The translations under genes were made by a program, and so were the position numbers. Shown here in pieces: positions 36,129-49,045 of a stretch of 64,000 bases of DNA. The DNA is from Squalus acanthias. Its lineage: Eukaryota. The notes under the pieces were generated by a model that ran no database searches, was not told the origin of the DNA, and saw only the letters and a list, made by a program, of their open reading frames with translations. Numbering within the stretch: position 1 is the first letter of the stretch; every line of letters begins with the position of its first letter. Where the stretch lies: the NCBI GenBank assembly GCA_030390025.1, contig CM059430.1:4526001-4590000 (forward strand), written 5' to 3'.

Positions 36129-39100
36129 CTGGCTGCAGATGTTTGATCTGATTCTAAACATTTACATCCGTCCCCTAACAAACTGTGTCACTATAACAGC
36201 AAACCAGAAACTTGATACACTTGCAAGAGTGGCATATGCACCCCTTATTCAGCCATTTTAAGGCCCCCAACAACACAGGCTGTACAATAGTTTTTAAAAA
36301 GCATTGTGTGCAGTGTCAGGTGAATAATAGTGGTTATATAATAAAGTAGAACATTTTCTGATTATATGTATATTTATATATGTTCTTCACCTGACCTCTA
36401 TGAAAACACATAAATTTCCCCTAGAAAAATGAGAATTAAAAAAGATATTACTAACCTCAATCATTGGCCAGGATTAATCGGAGTCCTTCCAGTTCCCCCT
36501 TTTGGCAGGAGACTATATTAGGACCAACAATACATACACCCTTTCATAGTCTCATTCCTTGGCTGAGCAAAAATTATTACAGCATTCAATGGATGTGGAG
36601 ACTGGTGGAAAATTGCAGCAGGCTGCTAACACTGTTGAGAAGACAATTTGAGCAGGGATTGTTCCCAATCTGGCTTGGTGATCCACTTGGATGAGTTGTA
36701 ATATGCCAGCCTCTGTCTCTCATGCTCAATTGTTATTTTAGCTTAATATGATGACGTCATGTTCGCTTGATGATGAAGCCTTGCAATTGTGAGGGCACAG
36801 ATTAACTAACTAGAATGTAATCCATATTAGTTATGTGTTATTATTTATTGCACTCGTGTAATGCAGTAGGGGCACTTGGGCTTTTAAGTCGCACGGTGCT
36901 GCACACAGCTGTACTGTGTGTATGTGGGGGCTGGGGGAGGAAGAAGCTTTTTGGTTTCAGCCTCCTTCAGAAGGCAGGGCCAGAAATGCTCCAGCTTGTC
37001 AAAAGCATTTAAATGGGGTAAAAAATGTCAAAAGTTGGAATGACATTACTCCCAGAAGAACAAAAATGTCTTACAGATTCAGTATCTCATTTTTCAAAAT
37101 CAGAATCCAGACACCAACATTATTTTGTGTTCGCCAGTGTGTTTTTTTAAAAATCTATTTACAAACCGCTTAAAGTCCACAATATTTGTTTCTGCTTTCC
37201 TCTCTTTTTTTTCATACTTAATTCCTTCCAGGCTTTATTTCATCTTCCTCAGTTTAAAAATAAGAAAGTAGACATGGAAAGCAGGGAGTGAGGCGATAAA
37301 GCTAAGTGCAGAATTGCTTTATAAAAGCCACTCAATAGCCTGGCAGTTTGGACTTGAACCTTGGCCCCTAACCCACGGGTCTCCTTTTTATAACTACCCC
37401 TGCCTCCTCCCTTTTTTCCCTTTTAGATCACAGATGATGCACTTGCCTAGACTGTTGAGAGATGTAACTGCCCTGTTTACGGAAGGTTTCTGCCTAACAC
37501 AGAGGTAATTAAGCCACTGTTTCAAGGTTGCATGGGCAAAAGACAATTCAGCCTAATGAAGCATCGATCGACTGCAGCCAAGGTAAAATAAGATGACATT
37601 CATTCAAAGGTATCTTAGCAGATGTAGAACACAGCGTGGCGAAGTATTGCTTTTTACTGCCATTACCTTTAACTTGGTAAATTCATTGAATACCAGAAAA
37701 AAAATAGATTTTGGAGAGATTATTTTTCAAATTTAGGCAGACTTAAATTTAAAAAGATTACAACTGACCTAATTTTAATGGCATCTGTTAAATCTGTTAT
37801 CACTTAAGGAATTATTTAGTTTCAAACTGGACTCCCCTTTGGGTAGATTCTGTTTTGTTTACAAGCTTAATGTGCAAAAGAAAGGTGAAACCGGTAACAA
37901 TTAAAAAGGTTTGAATGAAACTGCTTATTGTTCTCGCAGTTTAAAAAAGACATTTGGTGAAGTAAATAATGTTTGCATAAGAGAAAACTATCAATAAACA
38001 CCACGTAATTTTAACAACTTAATCACGCATTTTTATTCAAAGTTATTAGCATTTTTTTTAACCTTGCTTTATTCTTCCTAAATACAAACAGGTTCTACTT
38101 CCCGTTCTTTTCTCCCAAAATGCATGTTTCCGTAGAAATGGTTTCCTCGCTCTTCAGTTACTTGGTCGACATAAGACTTAAAATAAAATCTGTGGTTGAT
38201 ACAAAAAAGAGAGTACATGACCAGAAAAGTGATGTTTAAAATGAGAAAGGTCTCGCGGTCTTCATGCCACATCAGTGTTACAATGTTTCTACCTATGCGG
38301 CTTTTACCCAACTCGTAGCGAGGGGGGCCTCACAGCCTCTGATTTCCATATACAGCCTTACAGTGGGCGCATAGACCTGAAAATATGAGTATAGTGTTTA
38401 AAAAGTTTAATTAAGGTCTAATTAAGACCGAAGTAACACATTGATTAAAAAGATTTTAAAAATGACTTATTGGAAGTTATAATGAAAGGTGAACTGACAT
38501 GGTTTATGAAAATCAAGCCCCAGTATTTAGCATGTTCATATCCTGCCCACCGTTCACAATGTTTTTTTCCCCCTCAGAGACAAATTTGCATCAGAACAGT
38601 TATTAGAACTTAAGGCAGCAGCAGGAACTGACAATTTATGAAGATTCATCAATCAAACATTTTATTAACTAAATGTGAATCCTGATACAAATCTTTAATC
38701 ATGAAGCAACAAAAAACAAATAAGTTTTATTTTATTACAAATGTAGGATATGAACAGAGATTCATTGGATGAGCTTCTCAATATTGAGGCAGTCCTAATT
38801 TTAACTAGAATACACAGGAATCATACATTTTTATTATATCTTCAAAAACTGTTATTAATAGGTTATGCTTTGCCTGGTCCAAGCCAACCTTCAGGCAGAA
38901 TATATTAAGCAGTATCAAAGAATTTGCTTGTTGAGACACTTTTGTGCTGATGATTGAATTCATAGAGTTTTTACTAATTAAAGTGGGCTTGATTGGCAGA
39001 CCGAGAGATCAGTATCAGTGGGAAGATCCTTGAATTAAGCAGCAGTGTGACGAAAGCTGATGGGTGGCTTTGTCAGCGGACATTTGGGAAATGACCACTG

Positions 39101-41234
39101 CAAATTCAATCACAGCTGGGGGTCAGGGCTGCGTTTGCATGTTTTATTTATTTCACAGTCATGGCTATCTCTTTGTGTCTTGCTTCAGACCCTGAAGTTG
39201 CTCTGCAGCTCCCAGACCATATTGTTACACCTCTGACACAATGCAACCTACATTGTTTGAGGGAAACCTCCACTGCCAGAAAGCAAATATATGCAGGCAA
39301 TTAAACACGTTTAGTAATGCGAGTCATTTAATGCCATGCAAGTCCCAATTTAACATTTTGAAGAGACATACTTCAAGATGTAAAGAAAAATAGGTTTAGA
39401 ATGTACAACAATAGAATTAGTGCTTTTACCTACTTTCATACAGTGATAATAGAATTGTAACATATAGGATTAGTAAATGTAATAGCTGGCTGCAGGAATA
39501 ATGAATATATTTGCCAGAGAAAATGCACTAGAACAATTATTAATATAAAAAAAACTTTACAAAAGAAAAACGCTCCAAAATTGCAGGAGCAGTATTTGTT
39601 TCTAAAATTGAGAATTGCCTCCTCATTACCTTAACACTTGGTTTATACTAAATCAGGTCAAAACACAGAAATCATTAAATATTATTCGTATTTCAGCTTC
39701 TAATTGTGAACCATCAACTCCGTCACTTGTGAAACCTGTACCAAACTTGCCATTTCATTAACAACATTCACAGCAAAAAGCACACTGAAATATAATTGCA
39801 TAAAGTGGCCATTTCAATTGCTTTCCACTATTCAATACGATGGGAATAACGAATTGAAATTAAATCTCAAGAATAATTAAAGCACACAAGTAATGTGGTG
39901 TTTGCCAACTAACTGACAATCTCCTTTTTCAACTGAGCAGTTCGTCTTCATCATTTAAGAATAGACAGACAGAAAGATGCAATTGTTTCCCTTGTTGTCG
40001 GGACATTGATCCACCTCCCGTCTGTTGGTCTCAGAGGTGAGGGCAGGTCCCCTCGGAACATTTTGCTACTTGAGTATGTCAGCGAGGCTGCATTTAATCA
40101 TGAGCTAAATTACTACTTATTGAGAAACAGGTATTGGCTTCTGTATTCAGCATCGGCGGCTCCCCAGTACTTAAACAAGACCAGTTGCTAATGTCAAGCC
40201 ACTAGGGAAAACCTCAGACCTGTCCACTGACCATTAGCCCTGATAAAATGGACGATAAACTTGATAGGGTGGGCTGCAGGACACTGGACATTCAGTGTTG
40301 ACAGTGTATGAATGGTTAAGTGCTAACCACAGTGCATCGCCCCTGGGTTCACGTTACAATCAGATAAATGCTCATCCCCTGAAAGCATTATTTAACACTT
40401 AAAAATATAGCAAGGTTTAAGAACCTGAGCAATTCTGCACAATATGTCAAAAGGCTTTCAAGAGAAATGAAACCGTTTACATTTACAAATTGTCCACTGT
40501 GGCTGGTTGGGATCTATAAGACATTTAACAAAAACCTTTTAATGGAGCTGACTTTTACTCATACAAAATAATTCGCAACCTTCCGACATCATCAAGTCTG
40601 TATTTCCCCAAAGAAATGATTTCTGCGCACTTGGAAAGCATGTATTTTATTTCAGATATCCAAGAAAGTTATCAAACATTTTGACTTGCACTAAACAAAC
40701 TAAGAGACAGATTGGTGCTCTCAAAATGAGGCTAAAAGTGAAAAATAGTTTTCTTCACATTGGGTATAATTTCGAAACAATATTAAAAGGAATTCTCTTT
40801 TCATAATTGTAGTTAGTTATTTTCTTTGTTACTTTCTAATGAAATTGCTATTACTTGAATTTATCTGTACAGCTTCCTTTAGAGTGAAGATTAACTAATC
40901 CTGCAGTTACGTAAAAAACAAGGCAATATTTTAAATAAAGTTTAATTAATTGCTTTAAAACCCTCGGATGCCACTTAATCTGATATTATCCACTATGACC
41001 TTTTTCTTTCCAATTTAGCATGGAGGCCTTGTTATTCCATTTTTTCCACACCTTTCGGGTTCCATATGAATAAAATACAAATAACGTCACTCCAGCACTC
41101 TTTCACATTAAACTCGGTACAATAATTACCTTCATTGTCCCTTTTAATGCATCTCTTATATTCTAAGTTGTAATTTTGATCCTCAATCTCCCAAATAAAT
41201 AATGTTGATATCATTTCATAAAGTTTTGCAGTGT

Positions 41235-41291
41235 TGTAACAGAAATTATCTAGCACCAATGTAACAGAAATAATCTAACACCAATGTAACA
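41235..41291. repeat. 25-bp tandem duplication, about 2.3 copies
   Basis: tgtaacagaaat.atcta.caccaa at 41235 and 41260, with a partial copy at 41285. Confidence 0.85.
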
Positions 41292-43059
41292 AACACTTTA
41301 ATCCCGTTGGCTGATAAACTTTCGGTTATGGTGCAGCGCATTTTTAAAATGTCTTCACTGGGGATACAACAAAACCAGACGTACATGTGTGGCCCGTGTT
41401 TACTGTGCGCTGTGGTACTCAGCAACATCTATGTGTGTTCCTTTTTTCTTTTTGTTACCTAGCATGATAGCACAGAATAAAATAAACTGAACATATAAAT
41501 GAATGTTTTCTGTCATTCAGGAATAATGTGTGATATACAGTGGCAAACAATTAGCAAATACGTTTAAAAAACTTTCAGATAGAAATTTTGTTGGATTGAA
41601 AGACAAAATAAATCCTACAGAAAGTGATTTTGAAACAATGCACATGTTGCATTTTGCAAATTCTTGTGTGTTGGAGGTGTATTAAAAATGAACAGCATTT
41701 TACCCGCAAATGTATTTACCTCCAATCATTTCAGTTAGTTGATGATAAAACAATCACACCAACTTTTAAACTACAGTCTTTTTGGAATAAACGGACCTGA
41801 TGGATATTTCACACCTTCGGATAAAGGAGCAAAATACGATGTCCCAATGATTACATTGTTATATATGCAGTTTAGAGAATGATTTAAAATATTTTCAAAT
41901 GCTAAAGAGAAAAAGATTGGGCTGTAATAAGTAGCTGGCTGTTCGAGTTAACTTATTATTTACTTTTGCAGAGTATTTTCTGTATATTTGGTAAAATATC
42001 TTCATTGTTGTTCTTTTAACTCCAACACAACAGTAACATTCTGTATGGTTACCACTATTTTAGATTGTAACAAATTTAAAATGACAGTATTTTGATATTA
42101 GCAAAATTGTAAGTGTTTTAAATTTTCCATAAGCATTTTCATATTAACACCATGGTATATTTCACCTCCGTTCAGGGTTTTATAGATAATGGGTTAAAGA
42201 ATTCATTTTCCTAGCAACACCTGCTACACTATCAGCTTTCAGTGGCAGAGGCCATTTTCATTTATGTTTTTGCTTATTCACTAAATATGTATTTTTGGAC
42301 TCAAACTAAAAGAAAATGAGTCATGTATTTAAACATTTTATTACAGCGATGATCTTTCTATTATACAATCCTAAGTGCAAAGAGCAAGTCGAAGGATTTT
42401 TTTTTCGTCGTATATATGCAGTAACTCTTTGAACGGTGAATTCCCTCAGCACACACAGTACCACGCGACGTAGGACTTGTTCCAAATTAATAATAGAACA
42501 CTCAAAGCCTGTTCAAAATCTAAATTCCATGTAGCCATGCCACAGTAAAAGAATTATGAAAAGAATGCAAATTTTTCTTTTTAAATTATACATTCTAGTA
42601 TAGTCCAAATGCACTAATTACAGTAACCTTAAGTTGAATGTTGGCACAATATAGGAATCATACTCTAGACATTAGGGGGTTAAGTAAATAATTTTTTTTT
42701 GCTGTTCTGGTCGATGTGTTTAGTTCCCTTCCTGCCAAGACTCATTTTGCTATGCTATCTTGTAAGAGACACATATGGTGCAGTGAAATTGCTATCTATG
42801 AAAACATGTCCTGGCCTGTTGAGACATCATCAAATAAGATTAAAGCAAAGTAAAAATAAAAAGATAGACTGAGTGATTTTTTTTTTTTGCTTCTTCTTGA
42901 GCACATCGATAAAAGTCAGAGAGCACTTGGTGAGGCTTTAGGGTTTTGGTTCTTGCTCTTATAAAAGCCAACTAACACAACGAATCTAGAACAAAAGCAA
43001 CAGAAATAGCCCAAAGCTAGGATTAAGGAAATGTGATAATTTAAAATCGTTTACATATT

Positions 43060-43420
43060 AACCTTCGCCTTGTGACAGTGGTCAAGCTCAAGCTCACAAC
43101 ATAAATTATCTCCAATTACTTCAAAGTCAGCCATTGCCTGTCATCTAAATTTCACCATCTGTTCGCTTTGAAAACAGGCAATCCTGCCTGTCAATTTGAC
43201 TTTCCATTCTCCCTTGCTGGACCGGCACCAGAAGGGGAGAAGGGTTATGGTTCTCGGGAGAAAACTTTTTTTTTCTCTGGTTAAGAGGGGAGGGAGGGGT
43301 TCAAGAGGAAAGAATTTAAATTGGGGAGGGAGAAACAATTTGCATAGCATCTGACCCCTTCTGTCAAATGTTATTCATAAGGCTGCTTAGTAAATTGAGC
43401 TGTCAGTGAAGTCTGAGGCT
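43060..43420. promoter_or_regulatory. Candidate developmental enhancer (TALE/MEIS site cluster)
   Basis: Five TGACAG/CTGTCA hexamers (43073, 43138, 43188, 43361, 43400), an octamer ATTTGCAT (43338) and CATAAA/GTAAAT HOX-like sites in non-repetitive sequence. Confidence 0.5.
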
Positions 43421-44017
43421 ACTTTCTCCTTTAAATTATACTTTGCAAAGTGTCGAAAGCAGAGACTAAACTTAGGTAACCGAGGACTTCTTGCAGTGTC
43501 GGACCAGCCAAGGTAATAAGCAAGACCTTTTAAATTATTTCACACAAAATGTTCCCCGATTCCCGTCAGGAAGACGACATTTTGTATTTCAACTGATGTT
43601 ATTTACAACATTAACTTTCTCTCGTTTTGGAGTCCAACAATGTATGTGTGGGGGGAGAAAAGGGGGAATTGGCACTAAGTGGGCACTTACTCCTGTTTTG
43701 ATCAAACTACCCCCTTCTGTTAGTCCATCCTGAGCATTACTGCAGCCAGACAGCTGAAAGCTGTAGGAGAGCTGAGGTTCAAGCAAACCATCCCTGTTCT
43801 CCATTACCAGGGTTGACAATATATCTGAAATGAAGACATCATTATGCCAAGCCAAAAATTCAATCCTACTTATTGATCAAACATAAAACCTACAAAATGT
43901 GCTTTCTTTATTTCCGACTGACATAAATAGTTAATTGATTGATTTTAAATATTTGACAAATATTTACCTGCTTTGAAAATTACATTGTAGAATCCAAACT
44001 AGATATTTAAAGAAATT

Positions 44018-44673
44018 ATGGCCTGAGATTCCTTGGATCGTTCTACCCGTCCCCTACTATAATTTCAATGGGAGATTGGTAGAACCCTCGAGGAAATAGG
44101 AGGGACCCAGTCATGTCAGGTCTCCGTCGTTTCTTCAAGTTTCTACGTTGCCTTGTAAGGGGCAGATCTTCCATCCACCCCATACAAGGCAAATGATGGG
44201 CCGGGGCAGGGACTTCCTCAGCCGGGAGTTCCCACTCCTGGCCCTGAATCAGTGGCAGCTACTACACCAAGAAAGCTGAGGCATACCGGCCTCCCAAATG
44301 TACATGTGGGCTCCACTGGAGGGAGCCTGACCTGGTAAGCAGCCTTGACCCCCAAAGAATTAAAAAAAAAACAATATTGCTTCCTGGATTGGCCCCTTTT
44401 CTCGGGGACTGATAGGAATGGTGGCAGGGTCAGGGGGAGAGGCCCTGGGCAACCACCCAGCTATGAGAGGTTGGCTGCCCCAGTTTCATAGTGCATGAGA
44501 CAGGTGGGCACCAAAGAAGTACCCGAAGTGGCACTTGTGCCCAACAGCACCATGCAAATGAATTGCCCGCCCACAGATCCCACAAACTCTGATGGGGGCT
44601 AGTGTTGGAGGGCACCAGCAGATTCGATCTTGGTGCAACAACTGGGATAACAGCGCATGAGATTTTAGGGCCT
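44018..44673. mobile_element. Old MITE-like element
   Basis: GC-rich island bounded by tggcctgagattc ... gagattttagggcct (imperfect TIR). Confidence 0.5.
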
Positions 44674-45120
44674 ATGTTTAATCAGAATCATGAAAAATTA
44701 TAACAATTTATGTTGTAAAGGTTTGAGTTCTGAAATGCAATTTAAGTAGACAAAAGCCAAGTACTCTGTCTTAAAGTGCATGTGAACTGACATTTGGGTG
44801 TAAATATGTTTAATAATAATATTCTGCCACATATATTCTCTTCAATATACTCAATACAGTGTTAAATTTGGAGCTTATTATGTTATTAACAAAATGATGT
44901 ACCCATTGCAGAATGTTTTCAATGTTCAATCAAGCATCTTTAATTAGAGTTTAAAAGGAGGAACAAGATTAAACTTTTCATTCTATTCTCACCTAATTAT
45001 TGCATTCCTGTTATAGCTGCTGCAATTTCGTTCAAATGCTTAAGCAATTAGGTTTAACTGGAGTTCAGGAATGAGAGGCACAAAACAAATTAAAACGATC
45101 AGAGCTGCTGATATGACCAT

Positions 45121-45138
45121 TACCACTAGATGTCGCTA
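45121..45138 (+). promoter_or_regulatory. Candidate CTCF binding site
   Basis: taccactagatgtcgcta closely matches the CTCF core CCACTAGATGGCGC (one mismatch). Confidence 0.55.
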
Positions 45139-46155
45139 ATGGCGAATTTACACAGCAATTTTAGCATCGTAGCGAAGCAGCTAAAGTGGCAGTAAAACAG
45201 CGGCGTCAGATTCCCTCAAGACCGCAACGGAAAACCCTGGCAGTCGGGGGTTTCACAGCAGGAGTAGGAATCTCTTGCTGCAGTGCGACTCCGGTTTCGT
45301 GCAGGTCGCGATGCCAGAAAGGACACTGCTCAGCAGCAAAGTATCATGACACAATGATGTCACCCGATTTGTGAGCCAGCCTATTAATCAGGACACAGTG
45401 GAAGTGCCAGTATTAACTGACTCTCCATTAACTATTCAAACTCAAGTCTGAATTGCTTTCCCCTTCCCTTTGTGCAGTTAAATCGCTTTGAAAATAATTT
45501 CAGTATTGCACACATTTATAATTACAAATGAGAGATCTGAGTCATTATTTCCCCCAGGCAAATAAAACTGAAATATGTCAGAAATTGACAATTTTTAAAT
45601 TCTGGGTGTTTCAGTGGAGTAAATTTCCAATGGGCTTGACAGCTTTGCTTATCTAATCATTAGTCCCCTGTTGAAGTTGACCATTCCAGCCCCTCATTAT
45701 CTTCGTTGCAATGATTCTCTTCGCTTCCCTTCTAAAATCTGTAGTAAGAGAATCACAGGGGATTTGTATGAAGTCGAGAACTTTGCCATCTCATACCTCT
45801 TTCAGTGTGCAAGCATATTTCAGACGTAGCAGCATTCACATTCATATTTGTGTTCTTCCTCGTTCTAAAAGCAGAACAATTTAGTCGAGGGACTGCTTGG
45901 AGACAGGGGGAGTTGGAGGGAAAATAAGTAAATAAATAACACGTTTTCTCTACTTTTTGCAAACAATGTGCAGTGGCTAAAGTAAGTAAGGTGTAAATAG
46001 CCTTTGAGAGGACAGGAATAGTTGGGGCAAGCAGCAGCCATTTTCCTGGTATAATGGAATTTTGGAATGTGGCCTGTGTGCATATTTAGTAATTAAGACT
46101 AAGAAATGAGTTGGATCTTGGACCAAGGTCTGAGGTGGACCACTAGCTGATAAGG

Positions 46156-46286
46156 GAGTGAAGGGTTATGGGAGCGGGCAGGGAAGTGGCTTTGAGCCCA
46201 AGATCAGCCATGATCTTATTGAATGGCGGAGCAGGCTCGAGGGGCCAAGTGGCCTATTCCTGCTCCTATTTCTTATGTTCTTATGT
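46156..46286 (+). mobile_element. CR1 3' UTR fragment
   Basis: agatcagccatgatcttattgaatggcggagcaggctcgaggggcc followed by (ttcttatg)2. Confidence 0.85.
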
Positions 46287-46805
46287 AACCAACACGGAGT
46301 CTCGGCAGAATTGCAGAATTCAAAACCTTTAGCCTGTGCCACGAGACTTAACAGAATTGGATGCAAAGCAAATAGCCCTTTGCCATGCTTAGTGGGAGAG
46401 ATCAGATTTGGTGCACATCTTCTTTGGATAATTGCTCTTCTGAATGTGGGTGTTAGTTCACTGATTTGTTCCAAATCGTTCATTTACTCTCTTTGTTAAT
46501 CAATGTAATTCCTAGTGGACACTTGTAATCAGCTAGTGGTATGACAAGGAAACAGAAATTCCCCAGTTAGCAATAGCTACCTATAAACAACACAGTGTAC
46601 TGAAGAATAAGAGAGTCACATCACGAGCCACTCTAGTTAATGGTTCCCACTTATAGACCAAAGCTATGGATCCAGGAAGGTTTGCATCAAGGTTCCTGGT
46701 TATGGTACATACTTTTGCTACAAATGATTGAGGTGCACTTTAAGTTTCCCAGTTCTAGTGTTTCCACAATAGATTTTCTGTAGTTGTAAAATAGTATATA
46801 ATTAT

Positions 46806-47396
46806 TGGGGGTGATAATGGGGCGCAAATGGCTTTGTGACCAGGCACGACGTTGACATTGACTCCCGCCATATTCGGCGGCACTACAGCATTGCGCCCTG
46901 ATCACCTTCGCCCAGAGATCATGACGTTATCGCCATGCGCATCGCCCCGGTAGCACCCTGGACCCAAATTTGACTTCCGCCCCCTGCAGCAGCGCCGGTC
47001 AAAAACACCGACAGCTGCAGGAGGCGTGCATCGGGCGGCCGGCCGCTTTGGGGGCGATGATTAAAGGCGAGGTGTCCGAGGTAAGTAAAAAAAAAATTTA
47101 CCTTTCCTGATCTAGTTTTTTTCATGGGCTCCTGTCCGCAATCGATCAGCCCGGCACTCTTTTGCGGCAGCGTTGCACGGCCCAGTGTGCAGCGCTGATG
47201 AAGTCTCCGCCGCGCTCTCTGACATTAGCGCCCTAAGAAGGAAGTGGAGCGCTTGATATGACGCTCCACTTCCCTCTTGGGGTGCTAAAACTCAATTTTG
47301 TTGTCGCCGGCGCTAATGCTAATTAACGCCAGGCGCTAAAGTTAATGCCCAGGCGATGTTAGCGCCCCAAAATGGTCAATACCAAATTTTTCCCCC
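46806..47396. mobile_element. CpG-rich MITE-like element
   Basis: Sharp CpG-rich island bounded by tggggg ... ccccca, with repeated gcgct/agcgc subterminal motifs. Confidence 0.65.
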
Positions 47397-48829
47397 ATTG
47401 TGTTTCTTTGTACAATTGAAATGCTTATTGCTTGAGGGGTCAGTGGCGTTCATTCTGTAAACTCTTAGATTTAGAGTGGATTGGCATGTTTATGCATTAA
47501 ACTTATCAAAATATTTTTGATTGTTTAGGCTGGTAGGTATTACTCAAGTAATGAATATTTGCTAATGTGCTCATTTATATTATTTTTGTTTTATTTGCAT
47601 GAATTATACAGTCATATAACAATGAAATGATTGGTTACAAACACAGATATACGTATCACAGTAGGATTGGCACATTGCAGTTCTTTCATGGGTGGGAAAT
47701 ATCCATGAAAGGCATTTGTGACTGATGTTGATTTTTTTACAATTTCAAGAACTCTTATAATACACAGTAGTACAGATGTTTTATCGGTATACTTTAATAG
47801 ACATTCTAAAATACATAATTTGATGTAGACGTTTAAGTTATAGCTAACCATGATGGATAATTTATATTTATTGGAATAAGTTATTACAATCAAGAGCAGC
47901 AAAAACATTATCAAGCTAATAAATATTGCAAGTTTTTGCAATTAATATGCTTACACAGTAAGCTTCTAATATTAGAATTTTTTCATGAAACTATCTTAAC
48001 AATTATATACTGATACAGAGTTCATAAGGAGGCTGCATAACTGGGGCTGCTACGGTCCTCAATATAAAAAAATAGCGCTTTTCACCAGCCTCGAATTAAA
48101 TGGTAGCTGAGTAGTCAAATATAAGTGGATTTTGCTAGAAAGGTTCCTGAACTGTTGTCTCAGCCTGGGTGTATTCAGTCTTTATTTCATAAGCCCGTTC
48201 AGCAGCCTTGCTTTACTTCTGATCAGTTTTGCTGATAGAAAAAAAACTTTAACCCTTCATTTTAAGGATTATGTTCAGAAAGCAGATTCAAAACCCATCA
48301 TAGGATTTACAGAAAAAATATTAAATTAACCAATTGTAACCTGTAATGTTGTAGATATTTCAATAAAATTGCTGATTAGTTAAAAAAAAAGCTACTTTCC
48401 GTGCCTCCCCAAGGCTTTTTGACAGTAGTACTGATATAATGTTTGAAGTAAACTAGGTACTGAAATATTGGCTGTCGCCCCTGTACCAGTCCTGTTGGTT
48501 TGCTATAAATCATGCACAAGTCTACAAATCTGTCAAAAGTGTCTCTCAATCCAATATGGTTTATACAAGTCACTAAATATGCTTTTCTGATAAATTACAT
48601 AAAGATATGCAATCAGCGTCTGCATACTGAAAGGAGAAAAGCTAGCTCTTGCCCAGCTCTGTTGGATTGCAAAGAATTTGAGCTTCCTGTATGACGACGT
48701 TTTTGTTTATATACTTAAAGAAAGCTTCTTTCTTAAGCTTAGTCAAAAGTCCGCTTGTTACAGATCTGAATATTTATTTGAAAATATCTACAAGTATATT
48801 TATTTTTTTGCATGGACCCTTGTGGTCTT

Positions 48830-49045
48830 CGCTACAAACCCCACCTATGTCACTGTGTGGTCAGCTATCAGTGGTAGTGAGGTGGAATCGCAGCTGCTTT
48901 TCCTACTATCTCATCAAATTGTCACCTTGCCATTTGGAGAAAACCCAAGTGGAAATATTAGCCAAGGCTGGGACTCGAACCCAGATCTCCCAGTCCTTGG
49001 AGCACCACACTGACACATTGATCTACTGGGCCACCCAGAGAGGCT
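48830..49045 (-). mobile_element. tRNA-derived SINE head and partial body
   Basis: Minus strand has A-box-like tggcccagtag and B box ggttcgagtcc at tRNA-like spacing, but no cloverleaf acceptor stem. Confidence 0.65.

Noticed and set aside
35817-36181. ORFs spanning the N run
   Set aside because: Artefacts of translating the assembly gap.
46806-47396. CpG-island promoter
   Set aside because: Sharp boundaries with inverted termini and internal repeated motifs fit a young MITE better.
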